From NCBI GenBank assembly GCA_035545935.1, contig DASZXP010000227.1, positions 655-64,654 of the forward strand: DNA of 64,000 nucleotides. The letters are read 5' to 3'. A program made the translations under genes and the position numbers. Source of the DNA: Puia sp. (GTDB taxonomy: Bacteria; Bacteroidota; Bacteroidia; Chitinophagales; Chitinophagaceae). How positions within the stretch are numbered: the first letter of the stretch is position 1; every line of letters begins with the position of its first letter. This document shows positions 54,715-63,728 of this stretch, piece by piece. The notes under the pieces were generated by a model, which saw only the letters and a list, made by a program, of their open reading frames with translations, searched no databases and was not told the origin of the DNA.

Positions 54715-56358
54715 ATGCATCGTGTATCCGCCTTTTTATTGCTCCTGAGCATTGCTTTCCATCAGGCCCGCGCCGCCGACGAGAAAAACATCGTCACGTC
54801 TACTCTCCGGAGTGCCACGGTCTACCGCACCGGCGCCGAGCTGGTGCATACAGCCACCGCCACGCTCCCGCAAGGCAGCAGCGAGCTTATTATCGGGGAC
54901 ATCAGCAGCACCATGGACATGAACGACCTGCGTGTCAGCTGCAACGGCAACGTCACCGTAATGTCCGTGGCCTTCTCCACGGAATACCTCAAGCCGGAGA
55001 CGGTCAGTCCCTTTGTCAAAAAGCTGCAGGACTCCATGGAATCCATAAAAAAGGAAATGGACAGACTGAATGTGCTGATCCGGAGTGATAACGAACTGCT
55101 CGAGCTGCTGGCCGCCAATAAGAACATCGGAGGCAAGGATGGCATTTCCGTAGCGGAGCTTACAAAGATGGTGGACTACTACAAACAAAAATCCGTCGAG
55201 CTGCGCACGGAGATCAATACCTACAACGAAAAGAACGACAAATGGAAACAACTTGTCGGCAAGCTGGAAAATCAAATAAAGGAAGAGGAGAAAAAGAACA
55301 GTAAGACCAGCGGCCGCCTTATCCTCCAGCTGATGAGCCCTGCCGCGGGACCCGTTGCCTTTACCATTTCCTACCTGACACAGGCCGCTTCCTGGAGTCC
55401 CTTCTACGACCTGAAAGTAAACAATATCAACGACCCCTTACAGATACTCTACAAGGCCCGGCTGGAACAGACCACAGGCCTCGACTGGAAAAAGGTCAAA
55501 TTAAGTCTTTCCACCTCGGCGCCCAATCAGACCGGCAATGCGCCCGTGCTGAAGGCCTGGTTCCTGCATTTTATGGATGATGTCGCCGTGGTGGGATATG
55601 GCAGGCTGCGAAAAAGCGATTATTATAAGAACTCTACCGTCAATACCATCAGTATCAGCGGCTACACTCCCGGCCTGCAGATCGGCCAGGACGCGGTGAT
55701 TGAAGCAGACAGCATCAGGGTACCTCAGTATTTTTCCGTCAACGAAAATCAAATGGACGTCACCTTCGACATCGACATCCCATACGATGTGCCCGCGAAT
55801 GGGAAAGAGCAGGATGTGGTGCTCAAAGAGCTAAAGGCGCCCTGTTTCTATCAATACTATTCCGCGCCAAAAGTGGACAAGGACGCCTATCTGCTGGGTG
55901 GGATCCCCGGGTGGGAAGGCCTCAATCTACTGCCGGGCGAGGCGAATATCATCGTGGAAGGAACGAATGTAGGCAAATCCTTCATCGACCCCAGCTCTAC
56001 ACAGGATACATTGAACCTTACGCTGGGGCGCGATAAGCGCATCGTGGTCAAAAAAGAAAAGGTAGTGGACTACAGCAGCGTGAAGTTCCTGGGTAATAGC
56101 AAGAAACAGGTGTTTGCCTATGATATCACGGTACGGAACAACAGAAAGGAAAAGATACAAATGCTGTTGAAGGATCAGTATCCCATCAGCACCGACAAGG
56201 AGATAGAGCAGGAGCTGCTGCAGCATGATGGCGCCACTGTAAACAACGACACCGGCATACTCACCTGGAAGATAGAGCTGAATCCCGGCGAGACGAGAAA
56301 ATACCGTGTCAGCTACAGCGTGAAATACCCTAAGGACAAGAATATTAATATTTATTAA
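54715..56358 (+). CDS. DUF4140/DUF4139 (MuiA-like) protein
   Basis: Start MHRVSAFLLLLS; ATVYRTGAEL, SWSPFYDL, QTTGLDW..V.LSLST and YSAPK.D..AYL motifs. Confidence 0.85.
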   Translation: MHRVSAFLLLLSIAFHQARAADEKNIVTSTLRSATVYRTGAELVHTATATLPQGSSELIIGDISSTMDMNDLRVSCNGNVTVMSVAFSTEYLKPETVSPFVKKLQDSMESIKKEMDRLNVLIRSDNELLELLAANKNIGGKDGISVAELTKMVDYYKQKSVELRTEINTYNEKNDKWKQLVGKLENQIKEEEKKNSKTSGRLILQLMSPAAGPVAFTISYLTQAASWSPFYDLKVNNINDPLQILYKARLEQTTGLDWKKVKLSLSTSAPNQTGNAPVLKAWFLHFMDDVAVVGYGRLRKSDYYKNSTVNTISISGYTPGLQIGQDAVIEADSIRVPQYFSVNENQMDVTFDIDIPYDVPANGKEQDVVLKELKAPCFYQYYSAPKVDKDAYLLGGIPGWEGLNLLPGEANIIVEGTNVGKSFIDPSSTQDTLNLTLGRDKRIVVKKEKVVDYSSVKFLGNSKKQVFAYDITVRNNRKEKIQMLLKDQYPISTDKEIEQELLQHDGATVNNDTGILTWKIELNPGETRKYRVSYSVKYPKDKNINIY

Positions 56359-56360
56359 AG

Positions 56361-56387
56361 AAGAGGGCCGGTATTACCAGCCCTCTT
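56361..56387. terminator. Bidirectional terminator between convergent genes
   Basis: AAGAGGGC-CGGTATTACCA-GCCCTCTT. Confidence 0.65.
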
Positions 56388-56390
56388 TGA

Positions 56391-57128
56391 TTATTTCACG
56401 ATATCCAAAAGCTCCACTTCGAATATCAGGGTGGAGCCGGGAGTGATCAATGGACCGGCCTGCTGATCTCCATAAGCCAGGCTGGAAGGAATAAAGAGCT
56501 TCCATTTGCTGCCGACGGGCATCAGTTGCAGGGCTTCCGTCCAGCCGGGGATAACGCCGTTGACGGCCAGCTCGATGGGCTCACCTCTGTCGACGGAGCT
56601 GTCGAATACGCGACCGTCGATAAGCGTACCATGATAGTGCACCTTTACCTTATCGGTGGGGCCGGGCTTGGGACCCGTACCTTCCTTCATCACCGTGTAC
56701 TGAAGCCCGCTGGGCAAAGTGACAACGCCCGGCTTGTTCTTATTGGCGGCCAGGAATTCCTCTCCGATCTTCCGGTTGCCGGCAGACTTCTCCGACTTGG
56801 CCTTTTGCATAAAATTGACCATACAGCTATTGGCCTGTTGATCGTCCATCAAAAGCTTCCCATTATTCTTTACGTCATTGATGGCTTTTACCAGCAGGGC
56901 GGTATTGATATTGGTCAGGTTCGACTGTTTATAGAAATTGGCCACGCTGAGGCCGATGGCATAGCTCACGGAATCCAGCTCACTCTTGAGCGTGACGGTG
57001 GAAGACTTGGCAGCCGTAGCATGTGTAGCGCTGTGGGCCGCGGTAGCAGGTTTCTTCACCTGCGCCGTCAAAGACAATGCCGCGGAACAGGCGATCATGG
57101 ATACGATGAGATGCTTACTTACGATCAT
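56391..57128 (-). CDS. FKBP-type peptidyl-prolyl isomerase (Mip/FkpA-like)
   Basis: Start MIVSKHL; DSVSYAIG, LPSGLQY, VHYHGTLIDG.VFDSS and VIPGWTEAL motifs. Confidence 0.93.
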   Translation of the reverse strand: MIVSKHLIVSMIACSAALSLTAQVKKPATAAHSATHATAAKSSTVTLKSELDSVSYAIGLSVANFYKQSNLTNINTALLVKAINDVKNNGKLLMDDQQANSCMVNFMQKAKSEKSAGNRKIGEEFLAANKNKPGVVTLPSGLQYTVMKEGTGPKPGPTDKVKVHYHGTLIDGRVFDSSVDRGEPIELAVNGVIPGWTEALQLMPVGSKWKLFIPSSLAYGDQQAGPLITPGSTLIFEVELLDIVK

Positions 57129-57177
57129 ATTCGATTTTTTAAGGATTTTGCAAATTTGGAGCCGCAAAATACGCCTT

Positions 57178-57189
57178 TGTCCGGACATT
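57178..57189. repeat. TGTCCGGACATT palindromic module
   Basis: Identical 12-mer at 63717-63728; related to tails at 26919-26925 and 52687-52696. Confidence 0.55.
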
Positions 57190-57965
57190 TACCCCCCGGG
57201 GAACAACCGTGTTCTCAGCTCCCTGACCAGCTCCGCCTTCTCCTTATCGCCTGCCGCATCCAGCACATAGGCATAGGACACAAGCTCTCCGGATGAACCG
57301 ACCAGGGATCTCAACTTTTCCGTCAGCTGCGGCAGCTGCCGCCTGATCTTCCCGACCTTCTCCCGGTGGAACAAGGCCGCCAGCAGGGCCTCGCCAGGGT
57401 ATTTGGGTGTATAAGGCGCTCCCGAGACGATGGACAAAAGGTCCTTTTCCAGCGAAGTCACAGGGGATTCCACCACCCGGCCCAGCTCCCGCCCATGATC
57501 CAGGACGATAAAATCCGGTACCCGGAATATATCACGCCCTCGTTCCTCATGCCCCGGGCTTTGTTTATACTTATCCGCCGAGGCGGCCACCGTGATCAGC
57601 TGGACGGCGCCGGTGTCTATTCCGCAACAATCCAGTATCTTGAAAAAACGAGGTACTTCCCGCCGGCTGTCTCCGCACCAGGTACCCATAAATACCATTA
57701 TTTGCTTGCCGGCCAGCTCCGACCGGAGCCGGCTGACCGCGGCCGAATCTACCACGTAAGAATCATAGTTCTTATTGTACCATTCCCCAAAAGGGGCCTG
57801 TTCCAGCCTCTTACGGGAGGCTTTTCCCAATAATTGGACATTGCCTTTTGTATCGGTGATCTCTATGCCGGCAGAAGACGAGCTTTGAGGGGCAAGCGTA
57901 TGATGACAGGACAGGGTGGTCATGGCAAAGCATGACAGGGCTATATATGAAAATAAGCGCTTCAT
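57189..57965 (-). CDS. Thioredoxin-fold lipoprotein (WCGDS, CxxS type)
   Basis: Lipobox TTLSC, FMGTWCGDSRREVPRF and RVPDFI...ELGRVVE.P. Confidence 0.85.
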   Translation of the reverse strand: MKRLFSYIALSCFAMTTLSCHHTLAPQSSSSAGIEITDTKGNVQLLGKASRKRLEQAPFGEWYNKNYDSYVVDSAAVSRLRSELAGKQIMVFMGTWCGDSRREVPRFFKILDCCGIDTGAVQLITVAASADKYKQSPGHEERGRDIFRVPDFIVLDHGRELGRVVESPVTSLEKDLLSIVSGAPYTPKYPGEALLAALFHREKVGKIRRQLPQLTEKLRSLVGSSGELVSYAYVLDAAGDKEKAELVRELRTRLFPGG

Positions 57966-58018
57966 AATTAATGAGGTTTTAATGGTGATCCAATCAAATA
58001 AATAGGGGAGGGGAGACG

Positions 58019-58354
58019 TTAGCCCCGGGGAGGTTGAAAGATGGAAGTAGTGCTCCCGGCAGCGATCATGGATGTCCCGTGAGGTCTGCCCGATAGGAGC
58101 AGGCCGACAGGGTGGCCGGGAGAAGGAAGCGTAAAGGCCATAAAGACCTCATCAGGTCTGAACTTATAAGCGGAGTTTTCCGTGTTATGCTGTTTATCGC
58201 CGGTAGTGGCTTCCGCGGAAGATTTTTGACAGTCGCAGGTAACTTCCTGAATGGTAGACAACGGTGTGATCTGACAATGCTGATAATTCAAGACCCTGCT
58301 GTATTGGAATAACAGCCAGGATAAGAATAATAGTATAGAAAAGGTCTTTTTCAG
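58019..58354 (-). CDS. Small ORF ending IFQPPRG, candidate leader/arrest peptide (non-ATG start)
   Basis: The frame stays open 21 codons upstream of the track's 58291 start, adding LKKTFSILLFLSWLLFQYSRV. Contains C-x10-C-x-C. A CTG start at 58354 is assumed, 5 nt after TATATTAG. Confidence 0.55.
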   Translation of the reverse strand: MKKTFSILLFLSWLLFQYSRVLNYQHCQITPLSTIQEVTCDCQKSSAEATTGDKQHNTENSAYKFRPDEVFMAFTLPSPGHPVGLLLSGRPHGTSMIAAGSTTSIFQPPRG

Positions 58355-58443
58355 GTGTACTAATATAACATTACTTTACCAGTTTGTTGAATTATTTTTA
58401 GGGCGTAGCACAAACCATGAATTTGAAAAATAAAATATCCATT

Positions 58444-59193
58444 ATGAGGAAAATTATTGCTGTTGTATCGCTATCCTTTTGTTCCTTTCTGCTGGTCGGT
58501 ACGGTGAATGCGCAGGGCTTGCTTAAGAGCGCCAAGAGTGCATTGAACTCCGTAAAAGGAGGAAGCAGCGGATCGCTTAGCTCGGACGATATCGTAGCCG
58601 GCTTGAAGGAAGCCTTGTCCAGGGGAGCACAGAAGAGCGCGGACAAGCTTTCGGCCGTGGATGGCTTTTTTAAGGATGCTGCCGTAAAGATCCTGCTCCC
58701 TCCCGAAGCTGCCAAGGTAGAAAAGGCCTTGCGTAGCGCCGGATTTGGCAAACAGGTGGATGATGCCATCCTCAGTCTCAACCGTGCCGCCGAAGATGCC
58801 GCTAAATCCGCCGCACCCATCTTCCTGAATGCCATCAAAGGCATGAGCGTGCAGGATGGCGTGGGAATCCTGAAAGGACCGGATACGGCAGCCACTGCCT
58901 ATCTCCGGAAATCCACTACTTCGCCCCTAACGGCGGCTTTCCGGCCGGTGATCGACTCTTCCCTCCAAAAAACAGGCGCTACCAAATACTGGAAAGCAGT
59001 ATTCGAGACATACAACAAACTCCCCGTGACCGCATTGGGGGGACAGAAGGTAAACCCTGACCTGTCCTCATACGCCACCGGCAAAACCATCGACGGTGTC
59101 TTCTACTATGTGGCACAAGAAGAAAAAAATATTCGACAAAACCCTGCCGCCCAGGTCACCGACCTGCTGAAAAAGGTATTCGGCGGAAAATAA
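58444..59193 (+). CDS. DUF4197 family exported protein
   Basis: Signal peptide MRKIIAVV...VNA (alternative start 58417); AGLKEAL..G, KILLPPE, SLNRAAE.A and E.NIR.NP motifs. Confidence 0.88.
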   Translation: MRKIIAVVSLSFCSFLLVGTVNAQGLLKSAKSALNSVKGGSSGSLSSDDIVAGLKEALSRGAQKSADKLSAVDGFFKDAAVKILLPPEAAKVEKALRSAGFGKQVDDAILSLNRAAEDAAKSAAPIFLNAIKGMSVQDGVGILKGPDTAATAYLRKSTTSPLTAAFRPVIDSSLQKTGATKYWKAVFETYNKLPVTALGGQKVNPDLSSYATGKTIDGVFYYVAQEEKNIRQNPAAQVTDLLKKVFGGK

Positions 59194-59201
59194 GGATAAC
59201 G

Positions 59202-59243
59202 TAACTTTGTCGGGCCCCGTAACATCGTTACGGGGCTTTTTTT
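59202..59243 (+). terminator. Intrinsic terminator of the DUF4197 gene, preceded by a -7 element
   Basis: GCCCCGTAAC-ATC-GTTACGGGGC-T7 (59214-59243), TAACTTTG at 59202-59209 and the next ATG at 59244. Confidence 0.7.
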
Positions 59244-60188
59244 ATGGAAAAACTATCGATGTTCCGCAACAGGCTGACCAAAGTCTTCCGCCATGTCTCC
59301 AAGCTGGCCGGACGGCAGTCCGTCACCTGCTATCGCGTCTATGATCATGACCTGCCCGAATTCCCTTTTTGTATCGAGCTGTACGAGGATAAGGTATACC
59401 TGGCGGAATACCGCCGCCGTCATGGCATGACGGATGAAGAACATGAGGCATGGCTGGAATCCTGTCTGCCGGTGATCACCGAAGTATTGGGCAGGCCGGA
59501 TGACGCCATCTACTGGCGGCAGCGTCAGCGCAAGGCCGGCAGACAAGGGCAATACGAGAAACTGGCCAGCGAGCAGGAATTCTTTGTGGCGCAGGAAGCA
59601 GGACTTTCCTTCAAGGTCAACCTGACGGATTATCTCGACACCGGACTCTTTCTGGATCATCGCATCACCCGAGGCATGGTCCGCTCCGAATCGAAGGATA
59701 AAAAGGTCCTCAACCTTTTTTGCTACACAGGGTCTTTCTCCGTCTATGCCGCGGCGGGAGGCGCCACAGGAGTGGACTCCGTGGACCTTTCCAAGACCTA
59801 TCTCAACTGGGCGGAAGAGAACATGCGGCTGAACCATTCTCTCACCGACAAGACCAGCAGTAATTTTATCCATGCCGATGTCAAACAATGGCTCGACGAC
59901 GCGCCCGCCGGGTATTACGACCTGGTGGTCATGGACCCGCCCACCTTTAGCAACAGCAAGAGGATGAAGGACTTTCTGGATATACAACGTGACCATGCGG
60001 AACTGCTGAACAAGACCCTGCATGCCATGAAGCCGGGAGGCGTTCTGTATTTCAGCACCAATTCCCGAAAATTCCAATTGGAGACGGAGAAGATAGCCGC
60101 CTCATCCATAAGGGATATCACCAATGCCACCACTCCCTTCGACTTCCAGGGCAAGCTGTTCCGTTGGTGTTATAAGCTCATCAAATAG
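59244..60188 (+). CDS. Stand-alone RlmK/RlmI-like SAM-dependent rRNA methyltransferase
   Basis: YRVYDHDLPE, TGLFLDHR, LNLFCYTGSFSV and DPPTFSNSKRM motifs. Confidence 0.88.
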   Translation: MEKLSMFRNRLTKVFRHVSKLAGRQSVTCYRVYDHDLPEFPFCIELYEDKVYLAEYRRRHGMTDEEHEAWLESCLPVITEVLGRPDDAIYWRQRQRKAGRQGQYEKLASEQEFFVAQEAGLSFKVNLTDYLDTGLFLDHRITRGMVRSESKDKKVLNLFCYTGSFSVYAAAGGATGVDSVDLSKTYLNWAEENMRLNHSLTDKTSSNFIHADVKQWLDDAPAGYYDLVVMDPPTFSNSKRMKDFLDIQRDHAELLNKTLHAMKPGGVLYFSTNSRKFQLETEKIAASSIRDITNATTPFDFQGKLFRWCYKLIK

Positions 60189-60196
60189 CGGGATGA

Positions 60197-61690
60197 TCAG
60201 TTCAGGGGAATGTCTCTTTTTAGCATGCTGTCCCTGTTGGCCATATCCCAGGCCGTATAGAAGACCAAACGCGCTCTTTTTACCATCAGGTCATAATTGA
60301 TCTTATCCGGCGTGTCCGTGGGACGATGATAATCCTTGTGGATCCCGTCGAAATAAAAGATGATGGGTACACCCTTGCGTGCGAAATTATAATGATCGCT
60401 GCGGTAATAGATCCTTTCCGGGTCGGATGGATCATTGAACTTATAATCCAGTTCGAGCCGGGTATGTTGGGTATTTTGCGACTCGCTGATGGGTTTAAGG
60501 TCCGAACTCAGCTTGTCATCGCCGACGACATACACATAATTGGTCGAATCGCCTTTCTTACGATTGGGATCGATGCGTCCGATCATATCTATGTTCAGGT
60601 CCACCGTCGTCTGTGCGAGCGGGTAGGCGGGATGTTCGGAATAATATTCGGAACCCCAGAGCCCTTTTTCCTCTCCCGAATTGGCCAGGAAAAGAATGCT
60701 GCGGCGGGGCCCTTTTCCCTCCGCCTTGGCCTTGGCAAAGGCTTTCGCCAGCTGCAAAATGCTCACCGTGCCGGAGCCGTCGTCGTCCGCACCATAGAAG
60801 ATGATGCTGTCCCTTTTGCCCAGGTGATCGTAATGCGCGGATATGACCACATACTGGTCTTTCAGGTCCGTGCCCTCCAGCAACCCCAGGACATCGCTGC
60901 TTTGTCCCATGCTGATCGCTTTGTTGAACTCCAGCACGACATCCGCCTGGTAGGCCTTGGGAGCTAAATTCCCCGACCGGGCGGCTGTATAATCATCACC
61001 CATAATAGCGGCTGCTATCTTTTCGGAAACAAAAAAACTATTGGGAAGAATGCTCTTTGTAAAACCGTCCAGGTAAACGGAACCCCTGCCCGAATAAGCT
61101 CTTTGAGGGAACCCTGTCTCGATGATCAGAAGGGCCGCGGCGCCATTTTTCTGCGCCGCCTCCAGCTTGATAAAGGAACCTCTCCTGCCGGACGGGATGT
61201 GACTGCCTGCCGGCGCGCCATTCAATACCAGCACGATCTTTCCGTGTGTATCCAGCCCCTTGTAATCATCCCGGGCGGAATCGCTGATACCATATCCCGC
61301 GAATACCACTTCGCCGCTATACAAGGTAGCCGTATGATTGATGCTGGTGATGACGGAAAGGTCCTCGGAAAGACGGAACACCTGTCCATTCACCTGGACA
61401 GAAGTTTTTATCAACGAATCCTGAAATAAGGGATAGTACAGCTGATAACTTGTCTTGTTGCCCGGCAGCAGACCCATGCTGCGGAACTGCTCTTCGATGT
61501 AGGCGGCTGCCTTTCTTTGCCCTTCCGTTCCCGTCTCGCGTCCTTCGAACTCCTTGCTGGCCACCTGGTACAGATGTGTGCGCAGATCCCCGGCCGTGAT
61601 GACATCGGCAAAAGCATCGGGGCCGGATTTTTGCTGTGCATTAGCCAGACATGCAATGAACAAAGGCAGTAAAAAGGACAGACGTACCAT
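60197..61690 (-). CDS. M28 family metallopeptidase with PA domain
   Basis: SAHYDHLG, GADDDGSG, GEEKGLWGS, NIDMIGR and RSDHYNF motifs; start MVRLSFLL. Confidence 0.92.
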   Translation of the reverse strand: MVRLSFLLPLFIACLANAQQKSGPDAFADVITAGDLRTHLYQVASKEFEGRETGTEGQRKAAAYIEEQFRSMGLLPGNKTSYQLYYPLFQDSLIKTSVQVNGQVFRLSEDLSVITSINHTATLYSGEVVFAGYGISDSARDDYKGLDTHGKIVLVLNGAPAGSHIPSGRRGSFIKLEAAQKNGAAALLIIETGFPQRAYSGRGSVYLDGFTKSILPNSFFVSEKIAAAIMGDDYTAARSGNLAPKAYQADVVLEFNKAISMGQSSDVLGLLEGTDLKDQYVVISAHYDHLGKRDSIIFYGADDDGSGTVSILQLAKAFAKAKAEGKGPRRSILFLANSGEEKGLWGSEYYSEHPAYPLAQTTVDLNIDMIGRIDPNRKKGDSTNYVYVVGDDKLSSDLKPISESQNTQHTRLELDYKFNDPSDPERIYYRSDHYNFARKGVPIIFYFDGIHKDYHRPTDTPDKINYDLMVKRARLVFYTAWDMANRDSMLKRDIPLN

Positions 61691-61790
61691 AAAGCATTTA
61701 TTTAAGAGGCAAGACCAAATATAAAGTATATTCATTTATTGCCGCTGAAACTGTGAATAGAGATCAGGCGACGCATGCCTATGCCGATCC

Positions 61791-63677
61791 CTAGCTTTCA
61801 GCCTCGCTGAGCTCCAGCCAACGCAGCTCCTTTTCGTCCAGCAGCTGTTCGATCTCGCCGATGCGTATGGAAAGTCTTTGTAGTTCGTCGAAAGCCGCGG
61901 CGCCGCTGTTGAGCTTTTCGGTGACCTGCTTTTTCTCTTCCGTCAGCTGGGCGATCTCCTTGTCGAGACCTTCCAGCTCTCTTTTTTCTTTGTAGGATAA
62001 CCTTTTTTTCTCCGTGGAGGCCGCGGAGGATACAGGGGCCGTCGATGGGGTAGCGGCCTTGACGGCGGGGGCCGGAGCTTCTTCCTCCTCGCGCCGGGCA
62101 ATACGGTATTGCGTATAGTTGCCGGGGAAATCCCGGACGACGCCATCGCCTTCCAGCACCAGCAGATGATCTACCAGCCTGTCCATAAAATACCGGTCAT
62201 GGCTGACGATCAGCAGACAACCCTGGTATTCGCTCAGGAAATTCTCCAACACGCCCAACGTGGGCAGGTCCAGATCATTGGTAGGCTCGTCCAGTACCAG
62301 GAAATTGGGATTGCGAAAGAGTATGGACAGGAGATGAAGCCTTCTTTTTTCTCCTCCGCTGAGCTTGGAAATATACGTATACTGCTGCTCGGGAGGGAAG
62401 AGGAAAAGATTGAGAAACTGGGATGCGCTGAGCGAGCCTCCTCCCGCCAGGGGGAACACCTCGGCGATGTTCTTTACATACTCTATCACCCGCTGATCCT
62501 CCTTTATGACAAGACCCTGCTGGGAATAATTGCCGAAGATCACCGTCTCTCCGATATTGACCTTTCCGCTGTCGGGCTGTTCGATACCTTGCAGGATATT
62601 GATGAACGTGGATTTGCCGACGCCATTCTTTCCGACTACACCCAGGCGTTCGCCTCTCTTGAAGGTATAGTCGAACCCTTTGAGTATTATTTTATCGCCA
62701 AAGCTTTTATATACTTTTTTCAGCTCGGCCACCTTCCCACCCAGCCGGTTCATTTTCACCTGGAGCTCCACCTGCTGGTCCTCTATCCGTTGTTTGGCCT
62801 TTGCCTCCACAGCATAGAAATTATCCTGTCTGCTCTTGCTCTTTGTCGTCCTGGCCTTGGGCTGCTTGCGCATCCATTCCAGCTCCTTGCGATAGGTATT
62901 GCGCGCCTTCTCGATACTGGACGTCTCGTTCTCCAGGCGGGCCGCTTTTTTCTCCAGATAATTTTCGTAATCGCCCTTATAGGTATACAGGTTGCTGCCA
63001 TCCATTTCCCAAACCTCATTGCACACCGCATCCAGGAAATACCGGTCGTGCGTCACCAATAGGAGGGTGACCTTTTCCTGGTTGAGATAATGCTCCAGCC
63101 ATTCCACCATTTCTACATCCAGATGATTGGTAGGCTCATCCATGATAAGGAGCACATGCTTGTGCTCGAAGCCGATGTCGATAAGGGTCTTGGCGAGGGC
63201 TACGCGTTTGCGTTGACCGCCGGAAAGAGTGCCCGCGATCTGCTGCAGATGGTGGATATTCAGCTTACCCAGTATCTGTTTTACCCTGGCGTCGAAATCC
63301 CAGGCGCCCAGCTCATCCATTTTTACGATGGCAGCCGTCAGCTTGTCGATATCCTCCTCTTCGCTGACCTTTTCGTATTCCCGGATGGCATTGATGATGG
63401 GGTGGTTATGATGAAAGATATTGTCCAGAATGGACCTGTCTTCCATGAACACGGGCTCCTGCTCGAACAATGCCACGGTGACGTCCTTGTGTATCCAGAC
63501 AGTGCCGCTATCGGCCGTCTCGGTGGATGCCAATATCTTAAGCAGAGTGGATTTGCCGCTGCCATTCCTGGCCACCAGCGCGATCTTGTCCCCTTCCTCT
63601 ATGTGAAAGCTAATGTCCCCGAAAAGGGGCTTTATGCCGTACGATTTGCTCAGACCTTCGACAGAAACATAATGCAT
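61791..63677 (-). CDS. ABC-F ATPase (Uup-like)
   Basis: Two ABC domains (ARNGSGKST and GKNGVGKST; LSGG; MDEPTN and LDEPTN), no TM helices, C-terminal KKRLSYKEKRE. Start MHYVSVEGL. Confidence 0.93.
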   Translation of the reverse strand: MHYVSVEGLSKSYGIKPLFGDISFHIEEGDKIALVARNGSGKSTLLKILASTETADSGTVWIHKDVTVALFEQEPVFMEDRSILDNIFHHNHPIINAIREYEKVSEEEDIDKLTAAIVKMDELGAWDFDARVKQILGKLNIHHLQQIAGTLSGGQRKRVALAKTLIDIGFEHKHVLLIMDEPTNHLDVEMVEWLEHYLNQEKVTLLLVTHDRYFLDAVCNEVWEMDGSNLYTYKGDYENYLEKKAARLENETSSIEKARNTYRKELEWMRKQPKARTTKSKSRQDNFYAVEAKAKQRIEDQQVELQVKMNRLGGKVAELKKVYKSFGDKIILKGFDYTFKRGERLGVVGKNGVGKSTFINILQGIEQPDSGKVNIGETVIFGNYSQQGLVIKEDQRVIEYVKNIAEVFPLAGGGSLSASQFLNLFLFPPEQQYTYISKLSGGEKRRLHLLSILFRNPNFLVLDEPTNDLDLPTLGVLENFLSEYQGCLLIVSHDRYFMDRLVDHLLVLEGDGVVRDFPGNYTQYRIARREEEEAPAPAVKAATPSTAPVSSAASTEKKRLSYKEKRELEGLDKEIAQLTEEKKQVTEKLNSGAAAFDELQRLSIRIGEIEQLLDEKELRWLELSEAES

Positions 63678-63681
63678 CCCG

Positions 63682-63689
63682 CAAAGATA
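63682..63689 (-). promoter_or_regulatory. -7 element (TATCTTTG) 4 nt before the ABC-F ATG
   Basis: Exact TAnnTTTG match. Confidence 0.65.
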
Positions 63690-63699
63690 CGTTTTCAAG

Positions 63700-63728
63700 A
63701 CGAGCCGGAGGCTCGTTGTCCGGACATT
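63700..63728. repeat. REP-like hairpin plus TGTCCGGACATT module
   Basis: ACGAGCC-GGA-GGCTCGT-TGTCCGGACATT. Confidence 0.8.

Noticed and set aside
58112-58312. 66-aa plus-strand ORF in the thioredoxin/DUF4197 gap
   Set aside because: It has no motif or signal and is antisense to the better-supported QPP-ending ORF.
4292-63728. CRISPR array or transposon interpretation of the palindromic repeats
   Set aside because: Copies are isolated rather than regularly spaced, there are no spacers or cas genes, and no transposase or integrase ORF is in the window.
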